Of a DNA stretch of 64,000 nt, positions 50,582-61,790 are shown piece by piece; within the stretch, counting starts at the first letter, position 1; each line of letters starts with the position of its first letter. Source of the stretch: an uncultured Leptospirales bacterium (GTDB taxonomy: Bacteria; Spirochaetota; UBA4802; UBA5550); assembly GCA_964450405.1 (NCBI GenBank), contig CAYVCQ010000002.1:320417-384416 (forward strand), given 5' to 3'. Below the pieces are notes generated by a model, which was not told the DNA's origin, did not search any database, and saw nothing but the letters and a program-made list of their open reading frames with translations. The position numbers were made by a program, and so were the translations under genes.

Positions 50582-52114
50582 TTATTTGTAATTATTAATA
50601 ACTTCAACGACATACTTCATATCTTCATCTGTTAACATCGGACTGATAGGCAGACTCAACACTTCACGATGTATCTTTTCACTAATAGGATATGATAAGT
50701 CCTTCCACTCTTTATAGGCTTCCTGTTTATGCGGAGGTGTGGGATAATGTATTAGAGTCTGAATTCCATTATCTGAAAGATATTCTTGAAGCTCATCTCG
50801 TTCTGAAGTTCTTATAACAAAAAGATGCCACACGTGAGAATCTTCATTTTTCACTTTTGGCAGTACTATTTTTTTATTTTTAATATTCTCACAATAGTAT
50901 TTTGCAACGGCTTGCCTCTTCGAAGTATCTTTATCAATACTTCGAAGTTTAATATTTAAAAAAGCAGCCTGAAACTCGTCAAGCCTGCTGTTAATCCCTT
51001 TATACTGATTCACATATTTTTTTTGTGATCCATAATTAGCTATGGCTCTTACAGCATCTGCTAATTGATCATCATCAGTTGTAACTGCACCGGCATCTCC
51101 CAGAGCACCGAGATTTTTCCCGGGATAAAAACTGAAACCTGATGCATCACCAAGACTACCTGTGCGTTTCCCTTTGTAACATGCACCATGGGCTTGTGCT
51201 GAATCTTCAACAATTTTTAAATTATATTTTCCAGCAAGCTCCCATATCTTAGCCATCTCAACTGCTTGCCCATAAAGATGTACCGGCATTATCACTTTTG
51301 TCTTTGACGTGATATGTTTCTCTACCAAATCTGCATTTAAATTATAAGTATTTATATCGGGCTCAACCAGTACGGGAGTAAGATTATTTGCTGAGACAGC
51401 AAGTATTGAGGCAATATAAGTATTTGCCGGGACAATAACCTCATCGCCATCGCTTAGATAACCTAACTCTTTATATGCTCTGAGTATAAGTATTAAAGCA
51501 TCGAGACCATTAGCAACACCAATGCAATGTTTAACTCCACAGTAAGCAGCAAAATTCTGTTCAAATGTTTTATTAAAACTACCCTGTAGATACCAGCCGC
51601 TGCTGATTACGTCATCAAAAGCTTTTTCGAAATTACAGGCATACGGGGCATTCACATCTTTTAGTTCGAGAAACGGAATTGCAGATTGTTTTTGGTTTAA
51701 GTTAAAATAATCTGCAATAGAAATTGTCACCTGAGAATTTTGAAGGAATTTTTCATCTCTTGTAATTATTTTAGCTCCAACTAGATTAGCGCTCAGTTCA
51801 ATAATATAATCTTCACTATCATCCATAAATAAATCCGAATCCATATCTATATATGACGGAGCTTTAATTATTTCGCATAAAGTTAAAAATTCTTTCACTA
51901 ACATTTTAACACTTTTTCTATCTGTATTAAAACCTCGATCTTTTTTTTGTCTATAAATGATGTATTCCAAATTGGAGATTTGAGATACAGAAATATAAAG
52001 TTTTGCCTGCTTTTTGATAATTGTCTGAAAAACTTTTCGACTCTCCGGAAACTCATCAAGCCTGGGAACCAAAATATCAATAATTATCTGATTGTCCAAA
52101 ATTATCTTATTCAT
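50582..52114 (-). CDS. FdtB/QdtB-like dTDP-3-keto-6-deoxyhexose 3-aminotransferase (DegT family) carrying an in-frame N-terminal PIN-like domain
   Basis: C-terminal ~370 aa is DegT-family ([33 protein letters not shown] ...). N-terminal ~140 aa from ATG 52114 ([15 protein letters not shown] ... [13 protein letters not shown]) shows the PIN pattern. No stop and no in-frame start codon separates the two parts. Confidence 0.65.
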   Translation of the reverse strand: MNKIILDNQIIIDILVPRLDEFPESRKVFQTIIKKQAKLYISVSQISNLEYIIYRQKKDRGFNTDRKSVKMLVKEFLTLCEIIKAPSYIDMDSDLFMDDSEDYIIELSANLVGAKIITRDEKFLQNSQVTISIADYFNLNQKQSAIPFLELKDVNAPYACNFEKAFDDVISSGWYLQGSFNKTFEQNFAAYCGVKHCIGVANGLDALILILRAYKELGYLSDGDEVIVPANTYIASILAVSANNLTPVLVEPDINTYNLNADLVEKHITSKTKVIMPVHLYGQAVEMAKIWELAGKYNLKIVEDSAQAHGACYKGKRTGSLGDASGFSFYPGKNLGALGDAGAVTTDDDQLADAVRAIANYGSQKKYVNQYKGINSRLDEFQAAFLNIKLRSIDKDTSKRQAVAKYYCENIKNKKIVLPKVKNEDSHVWHLFVIRTSERDELQEYLSDNGIQTLIHYPTPPHKQEAYKEWKDLSYPISEKIHREVLSLPISPMLTDEDMKYVVEVINNYK

Positions 52115-52397
52115 ATTTATGTTTTCTCTCTTCGTACCACAACTCTTTATCAGACTTATCTGACGGAATATATGTAAAGTCATCCGGCATTCCATATAGG
52201 ATTGATTCTATCAGCTTGTTTCCACCCATCTCTTTATTCATGTTTTCTAATTCTTGTTTTATCTGACTTTTTTTAGTTACTGTTTGTTTAAATATATTAT
52301 CATCAATTTCGATTGTCACCTCATCAGTATTCAAATCCAAACCCTCTAAATATGGGATATAATAATGTCCGTCTTTCTTTATAGCTCGGGTTTTCAT
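52107..52397 (-). CDS. Small protein upstream of the PIN-like domain; antitoxin-like by position
   Basis: 96-aa ORF with strong GGAGG RBS. Its stop overlaps the PIN-domain ATG in an ATGAATAA arrangement; no sequence family recognised. Confidence 0.4.
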   Translation of the reverse strand: MKTRAIKKDGHYYIPYLEGLDLNTDEVTIEIDDNIFKQTVTKKSQIKQELENMNKEMGGNKLIESILYGMPDDFTYIPSDKSDKELWYEERKHKYE

Positions 52398-52439
52398 ATT
52401 GCTAAGCCTCCGTTGATTGAGTAAATATTATTTTCACTA

Positions 52440-53210
52440 CTATTCTTTAACCTGCCAGGGATAACCCCTGTAATCCTTCAGATGATCCTTCCAGGGATAT
52501 ACCTGATTTCCATTTTCATCTTTAATGTCCCTGACGTTACATCGTACTTTAGCCGGATTACCCACGACAAGCATTTCATCATCAACATTTTTTGTTACAA
52601 CTGAATGAGCGCCGACTAATGCATTTTCACCAATGACTATACCTGGAAGAATTGTGGATGATGCAAAAACTTGAGCAAACTTCTTAACTACTACTCCTTT
52701 TAATTCACCCATAGGAGGGAGCGGATCATTCGTCAACACTACCGCTGGATAAATCCATACGTAATCTTCTATTCTTGCAAGCTGCCCCATAAAGACATTG
52801 GAATGAACTCTTACATAATCTCCAATTGAAACCTTATCCTGTATATCTGAAAGGGTCCCTATACTGCAATTGGAACCGATAATCGTTTTTTCTCTTATTG
52901 TAATTCTATGCCCAGATTGAAATTTTTCTCCGATCTTTACATCTTCATAAATAATTGAATGGGATCGTATAACAGAATCAGCACCAATTACTGTCTGCTT
53001 AAAATTGTGTTTCTCAATCTCTCCCATATCACTACTATAAAATGAACCCGTTGGCTCACCAATTATTGAATATGGCCCTATAATAGTATTATCTCCAATA
53101 ACAACATTCGGATAAATTATTGCACCAGGACCAATTTTTACATTGTTTCCAACTGAAACATTATCGTATAGAACTGAATTCACTTCCGTGAAATTTTGTT
53201 TTGGATACAT
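52440..53210 (-). CDS. Hexapeptide-repeat N-acetyltransferase (FdtC/QdtC-like)
   Basis: 256 aa with repeated [LIV]GxxxxIG hexapeptide units; flanked by FdtA- and FdtB-like genes. Confidence 0.7.
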   Translation of the reverse strand: MYPKQNFTEVNSVLYDNVSVGNNVKIGPGAIIYPNVVIGDNTIIGPYSIIGEPTGSFYSSDMGEIEKHNFKQTVIGADSVIRSHSIIYEDVKIGEKFQSGHRITIREKTIIGSNCSIGTLSDIQDKVSIGDYVRVHSNVFMGQLARIEDYVWIYPAVVLTNDPLPPMGELKGVVVKKFAQVFASSTILPGIVIGENALVGAHSVVTKNVDDEMLVVGNPAKVRCNVRDIKDENGNQVYPWKDHLKDYRGYPWQVKE

Positions 53211-53216
53211 CGGTTT

Positions 53217-53630
53217 TTAGCTCTGATTTTTTATTTCTTTAAATTTGTCATAATCACGAATGTAATCATCTTCCTCATATTTTTCAGAGGCAAGAACAAG
53301 ACAGACTGATCCCGAAGAGAAGTTATCTAGTTCTCTCCATAACATTGTAGGAATTAACAATCCGTTATAAGACCTGTTGAGATGAAATCTTTCTTTTCTA
53401 TTTCCATCATCAAGGACAACATCAAAGCTTCCACTCATGGCAATAATTAATTGCTGTAGATTATAATGAGCATGCCCGCCCCGCTCTGCCCCTCCTGGGA
53501 CATCATAGAGATAATACACTCTTTTTATATCAAACGGAATATGATTATTTGACTCAATAAAAGTCAAATTGCCCCGATTATCAGTTATCTTTGGCAAATC
53601 AATTCTTTTTATATCATCTATGGTTGTCAT
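53217..53630 (-). CDS. dTDP-4-dehydro-6-deoxyglucose 3,4-ketoisomerase (FdtA/QdtA/WxcM C-terminal-like cupin)
   Basis: 137 aa; DNRGNLTFIE...RVYYLYDVPGGAERGGHAH cupin motif typical of FdtA. Confidence 0.75.
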   Translation of the reverse strand: MTTIDDIKRIDLPKITDNRGNLTFIESNNHIPFDIKRVYYLYDVPGGAERGGHAHYNLQQLIIAMSGSFDVVLDDGNRKERFHLNRSYNGLLIPTMLWRELDNFSSGSVCLVLASEKYEEDDYIRDYDKFKEIKNQS

Positions 53631-53811
53631 TTTTTAATTCCTGTCAAAATGGTTTTATTGATTTTTTTTTCAAGCATTATCCTCTAAAACAAATCAAGGT
53701 ATACTTAATTATATTTACTCTATATATTAAAAATTTCAGTGCAATTATGCAATTAATATTTGAAGTTAAAACAATTAAAAACCTATTTGCATTAAATATA
53801 GCATACTTAAT

Positions 53812-55560
53812 TCATTTATCAACTCTCTTTGTTAAAACACTGTACCATTCATTATCTTCTATTATACTATAATTGAAGATAATGAACGCGTCAAGCTCAT
53901 CATAATTATTTGGCATTATCAAAAAACTCCCATCCAAGTTTGGTACTTTTTTAGTCCTGATAACCAATGATGGACTATGCACCGGATCTTTCAAATATTT
54001 TAAAACACTAGACCTTGGTGATCCATACCAACCTTTAGGAGATAACCAGACAAGATTTGATGCACTCCTGGATGAAGTAAATAGATATCCAGCTGGAAAA
54101 AAATTAAAAATAAATATTTTTGTTTCATTTGTTTTTATATTATTTTGGATCGTTTCTTGAATATTTATTAAAAAAGATTGTTTTTCTGATGTCGTAACTA
54201 ATCCATAATACGGACCAGACTTAACATGATACTTAAGATTTTCATTTATCTTTCCTTCTCCGTACACAAAATTATAATTGTAAATTGAAAATATAATCAA
54301 TGGAATTATTGCGATTAAAACAATCACATATTCAAAACTTAATATATTCTTTAATTTAATTGAACTCAACAAATGAATGAGTAGTAATGTAGTCGCAATT
54401 GTAGCAGGAAAAAAACCTATAGAAAAGTTAGCAAAACCATTTGCCGAAGAATATGCCGTAATAAAACCGGCAAAAAAAGAAGGTATCCATAAATACCATA
54501 AAATTTTCCCAGGTAAAGGATCTGATTTATCTGTAAAAAGCATTAAATATGGTAGAAGTAACCCATAAAATATTGTAAAAAAAATGACACCAAATGGAGT
54601 AGCTATTACACCCCCAAATAAGGGGAAAAAGATAGGAGGGATTATTACTAATGTTAAAATTCGTTTTTTTAAAAATCTATAAAGAACTGCTGAAATTAAA
54701 AGATAAGGAACTGTAAAATAACTAATCGGGAAATTTTTAAAAAAACCTTTAAAAATAGGGAACAATTTATTTATCCCCCCTCCCTGGGGTACGTTATTTA
54801 CATATGACATGTTATGTATAATTTCAGGAAGACCTAAAATTATTAAAAATAATAAAAAAAATATTAAGGGAATGAATAATCCTATTATGTAAATAATAAT
54901 TTTATTTTTAAATAATATTGGTTTTTTAAAAAAAAATAAAAGAACATAAAAACTTGAAAAAATAATCAAAGGAGGATAAGCTAGTATACTAATAGCTGAA
55001 AAAAAACCAGCTGCAGCATACACTTTTTTAAATTTATTTTTAGAATCTAATTTTGAAAGAATGAGAAACATAGTAGCCGTCAAAGCAAGAATGGCTATGT
55101 TATTATAACTTAAAGTATATATTCCGAATGGAATGTATAATATACATAAAAAAGAAATAAACATAATATTATAAAATAGTAATGTAGTAAATACTTTTAC
55201 TGAACGATATATCAACACCGATACACCTGCAGCCGCTAAAAGATAAACCAAACGCATTGCGAGAATTATACCAGACATACTGCCAGTTGCTATGTAAAAT
55301 ATTTTAACAATTGGAAAAATTAAAATTGATGACGTTTGGTGGATTGATATTTCATCAATGAATGGGATATCACCAAGAACAAATCTGTAGGGTATCGCAA
55401 TATAATATGCCTCATCCAACACATCAACACCATAGAACAATCTTTTAATATGAAAAATAGTGAGTATACTTACAATTAAAATAAATATGAGCAAACGTAT
55501 AATTCTAAACCAATTTATACTATTTTTTTTCAAAACAAAATTATTAAAATGAATCCCCAT
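53812..55560 (-). CDS. Large polytopic membrane protein with C-terminal soluble domain (GT-C-like), possible paralog of 39528-41588
   Basis: 582 aa, >10 TM helices then hydrophilic C-terminus; similar architecture and C-terminal character to the 686-aa protein. Confidence 0.45.
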   Translation of the reverse strand: MGIHFNNFVLKKNSINWFRIIRLLIFILIVSILTIFHIKRLFYGVDVLDEAYYIAIPYRFVLGDIPFIDEISIHQTSSILIFPIVKIFYIATGSMSGIILAMRLVYLLAAAGVSVLIYRSVKVFTTLLFYNIMFISFLCILYIPFGIYTLSYNNIAILALTATMFLILSKLDSKNKFKKVYAAAGFFSAISILAYPPLIIFSSFYVLLFFFKKPILFKNKIIIYIIGLFIPLIFFLLFLIILGLPEIIHNMSYVNNVPQGGGINKLFPIFKGFFKNFPISYFTVPYLLISAVLYRFLKKRILTLVIIPPIFFPLFGGVIATPFGVIFFTIFYGLLLPYLMLFTDKSDPLPGKILWYLWIPSFFAGFITAYSSANGFANFSIGFFPATIATTLLLIHLLSSIKLKNILSFEYVIVLIAIIPLIIFSIYNYNFVYGEGKINENLKYHVKSGPYYGLVTTSEKQSFLINIQETIQNNIKTNETKIFIFNFFPAGYLFTSSRSASNLVWLSPKGWYGSPRSSVLKYLKDPVHSPSLVIRTKKVPNLDGSFLIMPNNYDELDAFIIFNYSIIEDNEWYSVLTKRVDK

Positions 55561-56321
55561 TAATATCTCCCTAATCTGTTTTAAAAAAGCTTACTCATCT
55601 AGCAAATAACCTTAATCATATTATCTATTTTAAAATAAATTTTTTAATATAAATAAATTATAATAACACATCAAAAATAACTGCTTAAAAAAATATAAGT
55701 CCGAAAGAATATCCCTGTAAATATAAAGTAATTTTAAATTTTTTAAATTTATTATTCAGAATAAAACAACAAATCGAATTTTACTTAATTATTTGAGAAA
55801 TTTAAAAGTATATTATTTGTAACAACTAGAAGAATTAAAACTGCCATTCTGATAATGTAAAACTACTTAATAAATTCTAAATATTAACTAACCATCATAT
55901 GCTTATCTTATACTGTTCACTAAAAACTTTATAGTAACCAATAGGCAAAATAAACATGGAGATAAAAAAAGGTAATAATCATACCAATGAGAACACAATT
56001 TAAATCTTAAATCTTCTAAAATATACTGCACTCCCCCCGAAGGGAATATATATTCAGAATAATTTGTTAATATTCTGATACAAAAAATCAAAATACGGAG
56101 TATCAATGCAAAAGTTACAACTTTTTACATATGATGCGGAACATTCTACTCCAATGTAGTCATTTGCCAGTATAATTAAATAATATCCCACTAAAAAATA
56201 TTGGAACAATTTTATACTAATTTTATAGATAGGGCGAATCTACCCACTATCTTCCAGGCCAATTCAAATTGATATTATTTTAGATTTATAGTTCCAGTTT
56301 ATAAAGTAATTCAGCAACTAC

Positions 56322-57545
56322 TCATTTTAAAAAAGTACTTTCAATTATTGAAACTGCAAGATTTGCAGTTTTCTCCCATGAAAAATTTTTAATATTTCTA
56401 AATCCTTTTTTTTTCATTTCCATTCTTTCATCGTAACTATGAAGCACTCTCTCCACTGCAACCTTCAAATCAGATACATTCAGAGCCTCTATTAGAATTG
56501 CTGCATCATTTGCCACTTCAGGCATAGATGAATTATTTGATGTTATTACAGGACATCCGCAGCTCATCGCTTCAAGGATCGGCAGACCAAATCCTTCATA
56601 CAGTGATGGATAAACAAATACTTCCGCTCCGGAATAAAAAGCATTTAATTCCTCACCTTCCACATAACCGGTCATTATTGTTTCTGATTGTACATTGTAT
56701 TTCTTTACTATTTCAGATAAGTCAACCTCACCCCAGCCTCTATTACCAATCATAACAAGTTGATAAATACCTTTATGCTTCAATTTGCTGAAAGCCTCAA
56801 CTACATTTACTAAGTTCTTACGAGGTTCGAGTGTTCCAACAGTTAAAATATATTTTTTTGATATATTATACTTTTCTAAAACTTTTTTTATTTTCTTAGA
56901 TGTTTGTTCTATAAACCGTTTACGATCAACTCCAAGATGAATTACTTCTATTGGTGTTTTAAGTTTCAATAAGTTTATGAAGTCATTCTTGGTCGAATCT
57001 GAGATTGCTATTACCTGATCACATTTTCTGTAAAAGTTGTATGCCAATACTTTCATCCGAATTGAATGCGTAAAATCCATAGTCTCAGGAAATCTTTTCC
57101 AAACAAGATCATATACAATAACTATTTTCTTTATTTTTTTTGGATAAAATTGAATTACCCCTGCAATATCCATAAATAGAATTAAATCGATATTATTCCT
57201 TTTTAGTTCCGCACGGATTTTTTTATAGTGAAAAATTTCGTTTAGCGCTTTATAAAAAAAACGACGAATAGACAAAAAGAAAAAAGATCTATTTTCTATT
57301 TTTTTATACTTTACTCTTTGATTAAAATATTCAATTTTATTAAGGAAGAAGCTCTTCGTGTTATAATTAAATAAATTCAACCTTTTATCAATTTTATCCA
57401 GATGCTTAATTTCCCTGTTTGAGAAAAGGTAATATTTATTCTTTTTATCAACTTCCGCTAAACTGTTTATATAATATAGGGAGGTGTAACCTATTCCTGT
57501 TAATATTTCATCGCTTAAAGGTTTAACACAGATAGCAATATTCAT
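56322..57545 (-). CDS. Glycosyltransferase family 4
   Basis: 407 aa; EPRKN...VYPSLYEGFGLPILEAMSCGCPVITSN GT4 motif. Confidence 0.8.
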   Translation of the reverse strand: MNIAICVKPLSDEILTGIGYTSLYYINSLAEVDKKNKYYLFSNREIKHLDKIDKRLNLFNYNTKSFFLNKIEYFNQRVKYKKIENRSFFFLSIRRFFYKALNEIFHYKKIRAELKRNNIDLILFMDIAGVIQFYPKKIKKIVIVYDLVWKRFPETMDFTHSIRMKVLAYNFYRKCDQVIAISDSTKNDFINLLKLKTPIEVIHLGVDRKRFIEQTSKKIKKVLEKYNISKKYILTVGTLEPRKNLVNVVEAFSKLKHKGIYQLVMIGNRGWGEVDLSEIVKKYNVQSETIMTGYVEGEELNAFYSGAEVFVYPSLYEGFGLPILEAMSCGCPVITSNNSSMPEVANDAAILIEALNVSDLKVAVERVLHSYDERMEMKKKGFRNIKNFSWEKTANLAVSIIESTFLK

Positions 57546-57704
57546 TAATATTTCCTTAACTTAAAAAAGAAGTGTATTTCTGAGACTGTTTGAATATGGT
57601 TTTTAACTAATACTCATTTATTTAATACCCTTTTTCTCTTTTGAATAACAAAAACAGACTCAATTTATAGATACTATCGAGCTATTTAATATTAATTTTA
57701 AATA

Positions 57705-58733
57705 TTAAATCCATAATTTCAGTCTAACCAGATTATACAATTTAAAAAATAGTTTTATAAAAATAATAAATATTTTTGCGTCATAAACCCTATTAATACC
57801 AAACTTTACTTTCAATTCATTACTGTTAATTTGTGGAAATTTCTGTTTTACGGTAACAATTTGATGATTTGTAAAAATCCTATTATACAAATTGAAAATT
57901 TTACTTCTAAAAAAAACATCATTCAAATACTTTCTAAAAAAATACACATTTGTTAATGAAGTAATTGCGACTTCCTCTTTTAACGACTCATTACATTGAA
58001 ATCTATATTTTCCAAGTGGTTGAAGAATTCTATAAGATCCGCATTTTATATGAAAAAAAGTATGAAAGATATAATCAGTTATAGGAAAAAAATCCTGATT
58101 AAATCCACCGAATTCTATCATTAGATTCCTATCAAAAAATGGCCCAACGTTGCTAACAGGATGAGATAGATAATAATCAACTAATGATAACTTTAAAATT
58201 GAATTCCTTTTGGCTATAAATTGCCCCTTCAAAATTGAAATTCCTGATCTTTGATCCAGGAACCAGTGGGAAGGTGAAACAAACTTAATCTTATTATTCC
58301 TTGAAATTACATAATCCATTGATTCAAGATAGTTTTCTTCCAATAAATCATCATCATGAAGAAGTGAAAACCATTTCCCTTTCGCCAATTCAATACATCT
58401 ATTCCAATTACCAAACATCCCTAGATTTTGTTTATTTTTAAAATACCTTATTTTATTAGTTCTATATGATTTAATTAATCGCTCAGTAGCAGATTCTATA
58501 TTGAAATTATCGTCATTATCAACAATTATTACCTCATAATTTTCATAATTTTTTTGATTAAGAGCACTATCAATTGCTTCTTTTAACATATCTGCTCTTT
58601 TATATGTAGGTATTGCGATTGTTACTAATGGATTATTATTTTCTGAAAAATCACAGATCAATTCAGATTTAACATCTTTAAACCTTGCAAAATTATCCAC
58701 ATAAATAAAAAAATCAGTATCGTTATTTATCAT
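57705..58733 (-). CDS. Glycosyltransferase family 2
   Basis: 342 aa; VTIAIPTYKRADMLKEAIDSALNQ...VIIVDNDD GT2 signature. Confidence 0.8.
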   Translation of the reverse strand: MINNDTDFFIYVDNFARFKDVKSELICDFSENNNPLVTIAIPTYKRADMLKEAIDSALNQKNYENYEVIIVDNDDNFNIESATERLIKSYRTNKIRYFKNKQNLGMFGNWNRCIELAKGKWFSLLHDDDLLEENYLESMDYVISRNNKIKFVSPSHWFLDQRSGISILKGQFIAKRNSILKLSLVDYYLSHPVSNVGPFFDRNLMIEFGGFNQDFFPITDYIFHTFFHIKCGSYRILQPLGKYRFQCNESLKEEVAITSLTNVYFFRKYLNDVFFRSKIFNLYNRIFTNHQIVTVKQKFPQINSNELKVKFGINRVYDAKIFIIFIKLFFKLYNLVRLKLWI

Positions 58734-58897
58734 TTTTAAAATCCATTGATTCTAATTAACTATAATCATTGATCTTTTTATTCGATATCAAATCAACCAT
58801 TAATGACACGCCGTCTATATTCACATCAACACAAAGTTTAATCGCGTAAATAATTTTCCAGTTACGTTTTACTGGAAAATGTAAATATTTTGTATTT

Positions 58898-60229
58898 TTA
58901 AAAAATCTCATTTCCAATGATCCGGATTGCATTTTTTGTATAAATAAAAATATTATTAAGTTGTCCCAATACCAAAACTAAAGGGATAATATAAACACCA
59001 AAATAAGATTTAAATAAAAAACTTACAATAAATATTATGGTTATACTAATTGTATTAGTTCGAATAAATAAAAAACTATTTCTTGCTGCAACAATTATCA
59101 GCACAAATGGTGATTCGACTAAAAGTAATAAATACCATACAGAGAGTGCAGCGAATATATATTTAATCCTAAGTATCTCATCCATTTTTATATTTTTAGA
59201 TGAGACAAAATCCAAAGCAAATGGAATAACAAGATAAGCAATACCTACAGACGGGATCATTAGAGATAATGAATGCTTTAAATAATCTTTAATTATTTGT
59301 TTTATTTTTAAATATTCTTTACTGGAATAATTCAATGAAATCTGTGAACGAACAATACTTAAGGATGGTCCGACAATAATTGATTGAATAATTGAAAGAA
59401 TTTTCTCAGCATATGAATAAGATGATGCATATCCTATCGGTAATGAAGTCAATACTCTGCTGATAATTGGTTTCACAATGAATCCGTGCATATTATGACC
59501 AAAACGCATTGTAAAACTGTTCTTAATAAATTTCCATAACATAGGATGGCGTAAAGCAAACTTTAATTGAATTCCTATTTTAGAAACAAAATAGATTTGT
59601 ATGATTGCGCTAGTACTCATAGCAGCAACTGTTGAATATGCCAGATATTTAATATCTGCATTTACAACTTTAAACACAAGTACTATAAGGATTACACTAT
59701 TAGCTAAACCAGGAATAATCTGAATAATATATGGTAAAGAAAACTTCATTTCTGCATTAAAAAGATTTGTATTTATAGTGATAAATGGGAATAGAAAAAT
59801 ACTCAATATTGAAATCTTTAAAAAGGTCAGAATAGAACTGAATCTTTGTGCATCTAAGTTTGACGTAAAAATTAAAATTATTTTTTCAAGAAATATATAA
59901 AAACAGAAACATAGTAATATTTGAGTTATTAGTGTTAATGAAATTACAACCTGATAAAAGGAATGCGCACTTTTTTTATCTTTTATACTTAATTCATGAT
60001 AAAAATAAATAAACTGTTCAATAAAAAGAAGCTGTAAAAGATTAATCGCACTGATTATTGTCATTGAAATATAAAAAGAATCTGCCTGTATTCCAACACC
60101 GAATATTTTAAGTGTTAATGCGAAGTTGACTAAGCCTAAACCAACTTGAATAAAAACCAGAAAATTGTATTTTAATTTGAAAAATGGATTATTGATTATG
60201 CTTCTAAATATCTTTATTAATATGCTCAT
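58898..60229 (-). CDS. Polytopic membrane protein, probable third MOP-type flippase
   Basis: 443 aa, ~12 TM helices, no soluble domain; family assignment tentative. Confidence 0.4.
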   Translation of the reverse strand: MSILIKIFRSIINNPFFKLKYNFLVFIQVGLGLVNFALTLKIFGVGIQADSFYISMTIISAINLLQLLFIEQFIYFYHELSIKDKKSAHSFYQVVISLTLITQILLCFCFYIFLEKIILIFTSNLDAQRFSSILTFLKISILSIFLFPFITINTNLFNAEMKFSLPYIIQIIPGLANSVILIVLVFKVVNADIKYLAYSTVAAMSTSAIIQIYFVSKIGIQLKFALRHPMLWKFIKNSFTMRFGHNMHGFIVKPIISRVLTSLPIGYASSYSYAEKILSIIQSIIVGPSLSIVRSQISLNYSSKEYLKIKQIIKDYLKHSLSLMIPSVGIAYLVIPFALDFVSSKNIKMDEILRIKYIFAALSVWYLLLLVESPFVLIIVAARNSFLFIRTNTISITIIFIVSFLFKSYFGVYIIPLVLVLGQLNNIFIYTKNAIRIIGNEIF

Positions 60230-60238
60230 TGTTTTACT

Positions 60239-61129
60239 TTATTTAGATAAGTCTTTTTTAAAGAAGTTATATAAATCCCTCTCAGGAAACCATTCAGGTA
60301 AATTAATACCTCCAGTCCATGGCATCATAACTTCACGACTTCTATATGGACGTCCACCCCAAATTACCTGAATATTCAGTCCTGTTGTATTTTTATATAG
60401 TTCGACCATATTTTTTAGCGATATCGGATTATTGGAGGATATGGAATACACTTCATTTTTTAAATCATGCTTATTAAATACTCTATATGCGGCTTTTATG
60501 AACGCCTCAACAACATCATCAATAAATACCAGATCAATAAGTTGTTCTCCTGGCGACATATTCAATACGTCATTCTTTTCCGCTGCATTCCTAAGTAGTT
60601 TAAAAAGTTTTGGTCTATTGTCTCCAGGACCATACGTATCAAAAAGCTGAAGCGTTATTGCCCTAATCAAACCAGTTTCGGTGTAGTACTTTATAATATC
60701 TTCAAAAGCCTGCTTAGTAGCAGCATAAAGATTTACAGGATTATAATCCTCGTTCTGATAATGCTGCCATGACGTACCTGTATTGATAAAATTCTTTATA
60801 CTGTTTTTTGACATAGCCTCCAATAGCTGAGTGCCTAAAAGTACATTACTATTAATTAAATTATTTATATCCTCACTTTTGTGTTCCGAAAGAAACAGTG
60901 ATGCAAGATGGAATATCAGATCAGGAGTTGAGCTTTTCACAGCTTTAAATACCGATTCTGTAGAACCATCATAAATATGAAAATGAATTAAACTTTTAAT
61001 ATCTTCTAAATATTCAAAATTTGTTTCAGGTAATATCAAAGCGTGAACTTCAATATTTTCATTATTCAGTTTTCTGACAAGATTTGAGCCAATATATCCG
61101 CTGGCACCAGTTAATAATACTTTTTTCAT
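60239..61129 (-). CDS. NAD-dependent epimerase/dehydratase (SDR; possible 4-reductase partnering the 3,5-epimerase)
   Basis: 296 aa; LLTGASGYIGSNLVRKL Rossmann motif; adjacent to RmlC-like gene. Confidence 0.75.
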   Translation of the reverse strand: MKKVLLTGASGYIGSNLVRKLNNENIEVHALILPETNFEYLEDIKSLIHFHIYDGSTESVFKAVKSSTPDLIFHLASLFLSEHKSEDINNLINSNVLLGTQLLEAMSKNSIKNFINTGTSWQHYQNEDYNPVNLYAATKQAFEDIIKYYTETGLIRAITLQLFDTYGPGDNRPKLFKLLRNAAEKNDVLNMSPGEQLIDLVFIDDVVEAFIKAAYRVFNKHDLKNEVYSISSNNPISLKNMVELYKNTTGLNIQVIWGGRPYRSREVMMPWTGGINLPEWFPERDLYNFFKKDLSK

Positions 61130-61146
61130 AACTATTACCTTTTAAT

Positions 61147-61689
61147 TTAAAATGGGCTATTAAATTCTTCTAAAGATGGAAATGATAAGTCTCGAGAAGA
61201 AACAATCGGTTTTACTATCGGCCATTTTAAACCAAACGAATCCCATAGAATTCCTCTATCGCTTTCAGGAGCATATACATTTGTTACTTTATACATCATT
61301 ATTGTATCATCTTCAAGTGAACAGAATCCATGAGCAACTCCTTTAGGAATATATACTATTTGTCCATCCGAACCACTTAGATTAATTGTAATATATTTAT
61401 TATATGTTGCCGATTTTTTACGAAGATCAACCATAACATCTAATACTCTTCCTTTTATACAATAAACCAGTTTTTCAAGATCATTTGGAGGTATTTGAAA
61501 ATGCATTCCCCTTATAACATTTTTATTTGAAATTGAATAATACTCTTCTTTAAAATCGATAGCAAGATTATTTTTTTCGAAAACTTCAGCATGAAATGTT
61601 TTTAAAAATAACCCTCTTTCATCAACAAAACTTTTTGAATCAATAATATATACACCATCTATATCTGTCTTGCATATTACTGCATTCAT
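61147..61689 (-). CDS. rfbC: dTDP-4-dehydrorhamnose 3,5-epimerase-like cupin
   Basis: 180 aa; ...DERGLFLKTF...VIRGMHFQ...VLDVMVDLRKKSATY...PESDRGILWD matches RmlC conserved blocks. Confidence 0.8.
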   Translation of the reverse strand: MNAVICKTDIDGVYIIDSKSFVDERGLFLKTFHAEVFEKNNLAIDFKEEYYSISNKNVIRGMHFQIPPNDLEKLVYCIKGRVLDVMVDLRKKSATYNKYITINLSGSDGQIVYIPKGVAHGFCSLEDDTIMMYKVTNVYAPESDRGILWDSFGLKWPIVKPIVSSRDLSFPSLEEFNSPF

Positions 61690-61790
61690 CTAATCTATAC
61701 CCTTTAATTCTGAAATTTTTTTCTTAATTCTTACCCATTTATTAACCAGCGATTAAATGACTTCATGAAATAATAATTATTTTCTTACTA

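Noticed and set aside
55903-56106. 67-aa hydrophobic ORF in the 760-bp gap
   Set aside because: No RBS, low-complexity AT-rich translation; at most a decayed fragment of a membrane-protein gene.
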